Source of the DNA: Octopus bimaculoides
Lineage: Eukaryota
NCBI RefSeq assembly: GCF_001194135.2
Contig: NC_068987.1
Coordinates: 25,061,531 to 25,109,371 of the forward strand
Direction: 5' to 3'
DNA length: 47,841 nt
Shown: positions 45,581 through 47,841 of the stretch, one piece after another
Layout of the letters: the number at the start of each line of letters is the position of its first letter
How positions within the stretch are numbered: the stretch's first letter is position 1
Position numbers and translations under genes: made by a program
Notes under the pieces: model-generated
What the model was told of the DNA's origin: nothing
Database searches by the model: none
What the model saw: the letters and a program-made list of their open reading frames with translations, nothing else

Positions 45581-46423
45581 CTTAAATTTCCTATGCCAAA
45601 CTGACTTGTTTCAGATACAGTATTTGAAGACAGTTTATATGGTTCAACTGTAGAGCAATGACAATGATGAGATGGGTGGAGGCTTAGAGAAGAATAAATG
45701 AAAGAAAAGTGCAGGATATGTGCATATATCTCATTGATGTCTTTTCTGCTAACTCCCTTCTCACTACCTCTTTCTTGCGACTACATTCTATGTATGTATG
45801 TATGTATGTATGTATGTATGTATGTATGTATNNNNNNNNNNNNNNNNNNNNNNNNNNNNNNNNNNNNNNNNNNNNNNNNNNNNNNNNNNNNNNNNNNNNN
45901 NNNNNNNNNNNNNNNNNNNNNNNNNNNNNNNNNNNNNNNNNNNNNNNNNNNNNNNNNNNNNNNNNNNNNNNNNNNNNNNNNNNNNNNNNNNNNNNNNNNN
46001 NNNNNNNNNNNNNNNNNNNNNNNNNNNNNNNNNNNNNNNNNNNNNNNNNNNNNNNNNNNNNNNNNNNNNNNNNNNNNNNNNNNNNNNNNNNNNNNNNNNN
46101 NNNNNNNNNNNNNNNNNNNNNNNNNNNNNNNNNNNNNNNNNNNNNNNNNNNNNNNNNNNNNNNNNNNNNNNNNNNNNNNNNNNNNNNNNNNNNNNNNNNN
46201 NNNNNNNNNNNNNNNNNNNNNNNNNNNNNNNNNNNNNNNNNNNNNNNNNNNNNNNNNNNNNNNNNNNNNNNNNNNNNNNNNNNNNNNNNNNNNNNNNNNN
46301 NNNNNNNNNNNNNNNNNNNNNNNNNNNNNNNNNNNNNNNNNNNNNNNNNNNNNNNNNNNNNNNNNNNNNNNNNNNNNNNNNNNNNNNNNNNNNNNNNNNN
46401 NNNNNNNNNNNNNNNNNNNNNNN

Positions 46424-46625
46424 GTAGGTTTACAGTTATCACGTAGGCACTTTAAATTTGTTTTAAAATTTCCATCTTACAAACTGAAGAGGGAGCTCGA
46501 CAAAATTAATCAAATTAGCATAGAATAATGGTTTCATATTTTTCTATAATTAAGATCTAAACTGTTGATATATGAATGCGAAAGAGGTAGTTGAATAACT
46601 GTAAACCTACTTTTGGGTCACCCTG
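46424..46625. mobile_element. Tc1/mariner MITE; outer part of the left TIR lost in the gap
   Basis: Right end ataactgtaaacctacttttgggtcaccctg|TA; the first bases after the gap (gtaggtttacagttat) are the inner half of its reverse complement. Confidence 0.8.
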
Positions 46626-47520
46626 TATATATTTCAAGATTTGGACGATCCCAGTGTAGAACAGTTATAGCAAACTTAAACAAAGAAAAGCAGAAAAACA
46701 AATTTATAAGCGACCGAATACTCGATTATAGCGAGCAATGTAATATATTAACCAAGATGAAAGGAGTTAGCAGAGTGTGTGGATGTGTGTGTGTGAATGA
46801 CTGAGAGAGAGAGAGAAGGAACGTGAGGGAGAAAGGGAGAGAGATGAGGAAACAAATAGAGACCAAATAGAGAGGAAGAAAGAGAAAGGGAGGGGGGAGG
46901 GAGAGAAGCGAGAGTGTGTATGTGGTAAATAGAAAGTTTGAGACGTGAGATTGGGGAGGGAAGGAGAGACAGAGATAAGGGAGAATGGTGGTGTGATAAA
47001 ACCGAAGAACAAGATCTCTGTTCATGAATGTTGGATAATGTTAATCAATTTTAAATCCATTGACAAACATTTACAACACAGTCTCAACGATCCTTGCTGT
47101 CTGCAACAAAATATACAGTAATAAAAACATCATTGTCCTCCACAGTTCATTCAGAAGGTGAGCCAAACCATCTAGAAACGTTTATGGACTTCAGAACTTT
47201 TTTTTTTTTTCCATAATCACTCTTCTAATAAATACCGTTGTGTATTTATATATATTTCATCTCATGCAAAAGAGGGCAACTCCAATCTAATTGGAGACAC
47301 CCACCACAGTTACAAAACACATGCGCGCTTGCACATACATACGCACACACACACACACTGCAGAAGAAACAAATTTAAGAGGCACAGTTTGGGAGAAAGA
47401 ACACTACTTAAAATTCCAAAGGAAATTTAATGTGTGCTGAATTGAAAAAACACCTTCAAATGCAGAAATTATAAAAAAAACATAATAGTCGCCTATAAGG
47501 GCAAGCAATAAGCTTATCAT

Positions 47521-47841
47521 TGTTATTATTATTATTATTATTATTATTGTTCAGTAGTTTTATTTTTATAACGTGCTTTCACTTCACTACCGAGCGCAGC
47601 TCTGTGCGCCTTGGGTATGTGCTGTGGTTTGCTGTGGTGCTCTTATGTTTACTGTATTGAAAGTGTTTTGCGTAGAATGTGTGCAGTACCCAGTAGTGCA
47701 ATTTTCTGTATGTTATATATATTTGTAAGTCCTGGTATTTTTGTTATGTATTTGTCTGAATATTTTTTTATTATACCTAAGGCACCTACTATGATAGGAA
47801 TTGTTTCTGTTTTTAGATTCCACATTCGAGTTATCTCTATT
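47521..47841 (-). mobile_element. R4/Dong-type LINE 3' end with 3' UTR and (AAT)n tail, continuing beyond the window
   Basis: (TTA)n at 47521-47548; about 100-bp UTR; RLE C-terminal coding sequence. Confidence 0.85.
47649..47840 (-). CDS. Uninterrupted C-terminal 63 aa of an R4/Dong RLE retrotransposon ORF (partial)
   Basis: IEITRMWNLKTETIPIIVGALGIIKKYSDKYITKIPGLTNIYNIQKIALLGTAHILRKTLSIQ*; no stop or frameshift. Confidence 0.8.
   Translation of the reverse strand: MEITRMWNLKTETIPIIVGALGIIKKYSDKYITKIPGLTNIYNIQKIALLGTAHILRKTLSIQ

Noticed and set aside
12960-46528. All long ORFs composed mostly of X (up to 350 aa)
   Set aside because: N gaps hide stop codons; no evidence of coding.
1-47841. 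A novel multi-gene system (defence, recombination or secretion type)
   Set aside because: No intact host or prokaryotic gene set is present; every recognisable peptide belongs to a decayed or partial transposable element.

Overview
An AT-rich, repeat-saturated animal genomic window with 14 N-gaps (about 5.5 kb by my count) and many (CA)n, (TA)n, (CATA)n, (AAT)n, (CAA)n, (GA)n and (GATA)n tracts. The SINE and LINE repertoire resembles a coleoid cephalopod (Octopus-like) draft scaffold; this is an inference from memory of such repeats, not a search. No host protein-coding gene is recognisable; only one weak candidate exon (44224-44308) was found. Nearly all ORF-track entries are microsatellite, N-gap or transposon-fragment artefacts. 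Supported content: a decayed Chapaev3-like (RAG1/Transib-related) transposase; R4/Dong-type, HERO-like and a second RLE-type LINE family; an RTE fragment; Tc1, maT (DD37D) and mariner relics; a complete non-autonomous Helitron; hAT, Tc1/mariner and long-TIR MITEs; several SINE families (my labels A, B, C, F); and a tRNA-Ala pseudogene. I found no clear novel multi-gene system. The best leads are an RLE LINE family consistently joined to (CATA)n, tail-to-tail retroposon junctions sharing (AAT)n, closely spaced inverted SINEs (candidate ADAR substrates), an octamer/CCAAT-bearing MITE, a CCAAT + RFX X-box + CRE cluster, an inverted duplication around a gap, and a local segmental duplication. Boundaries of degenerate elements are approximate.
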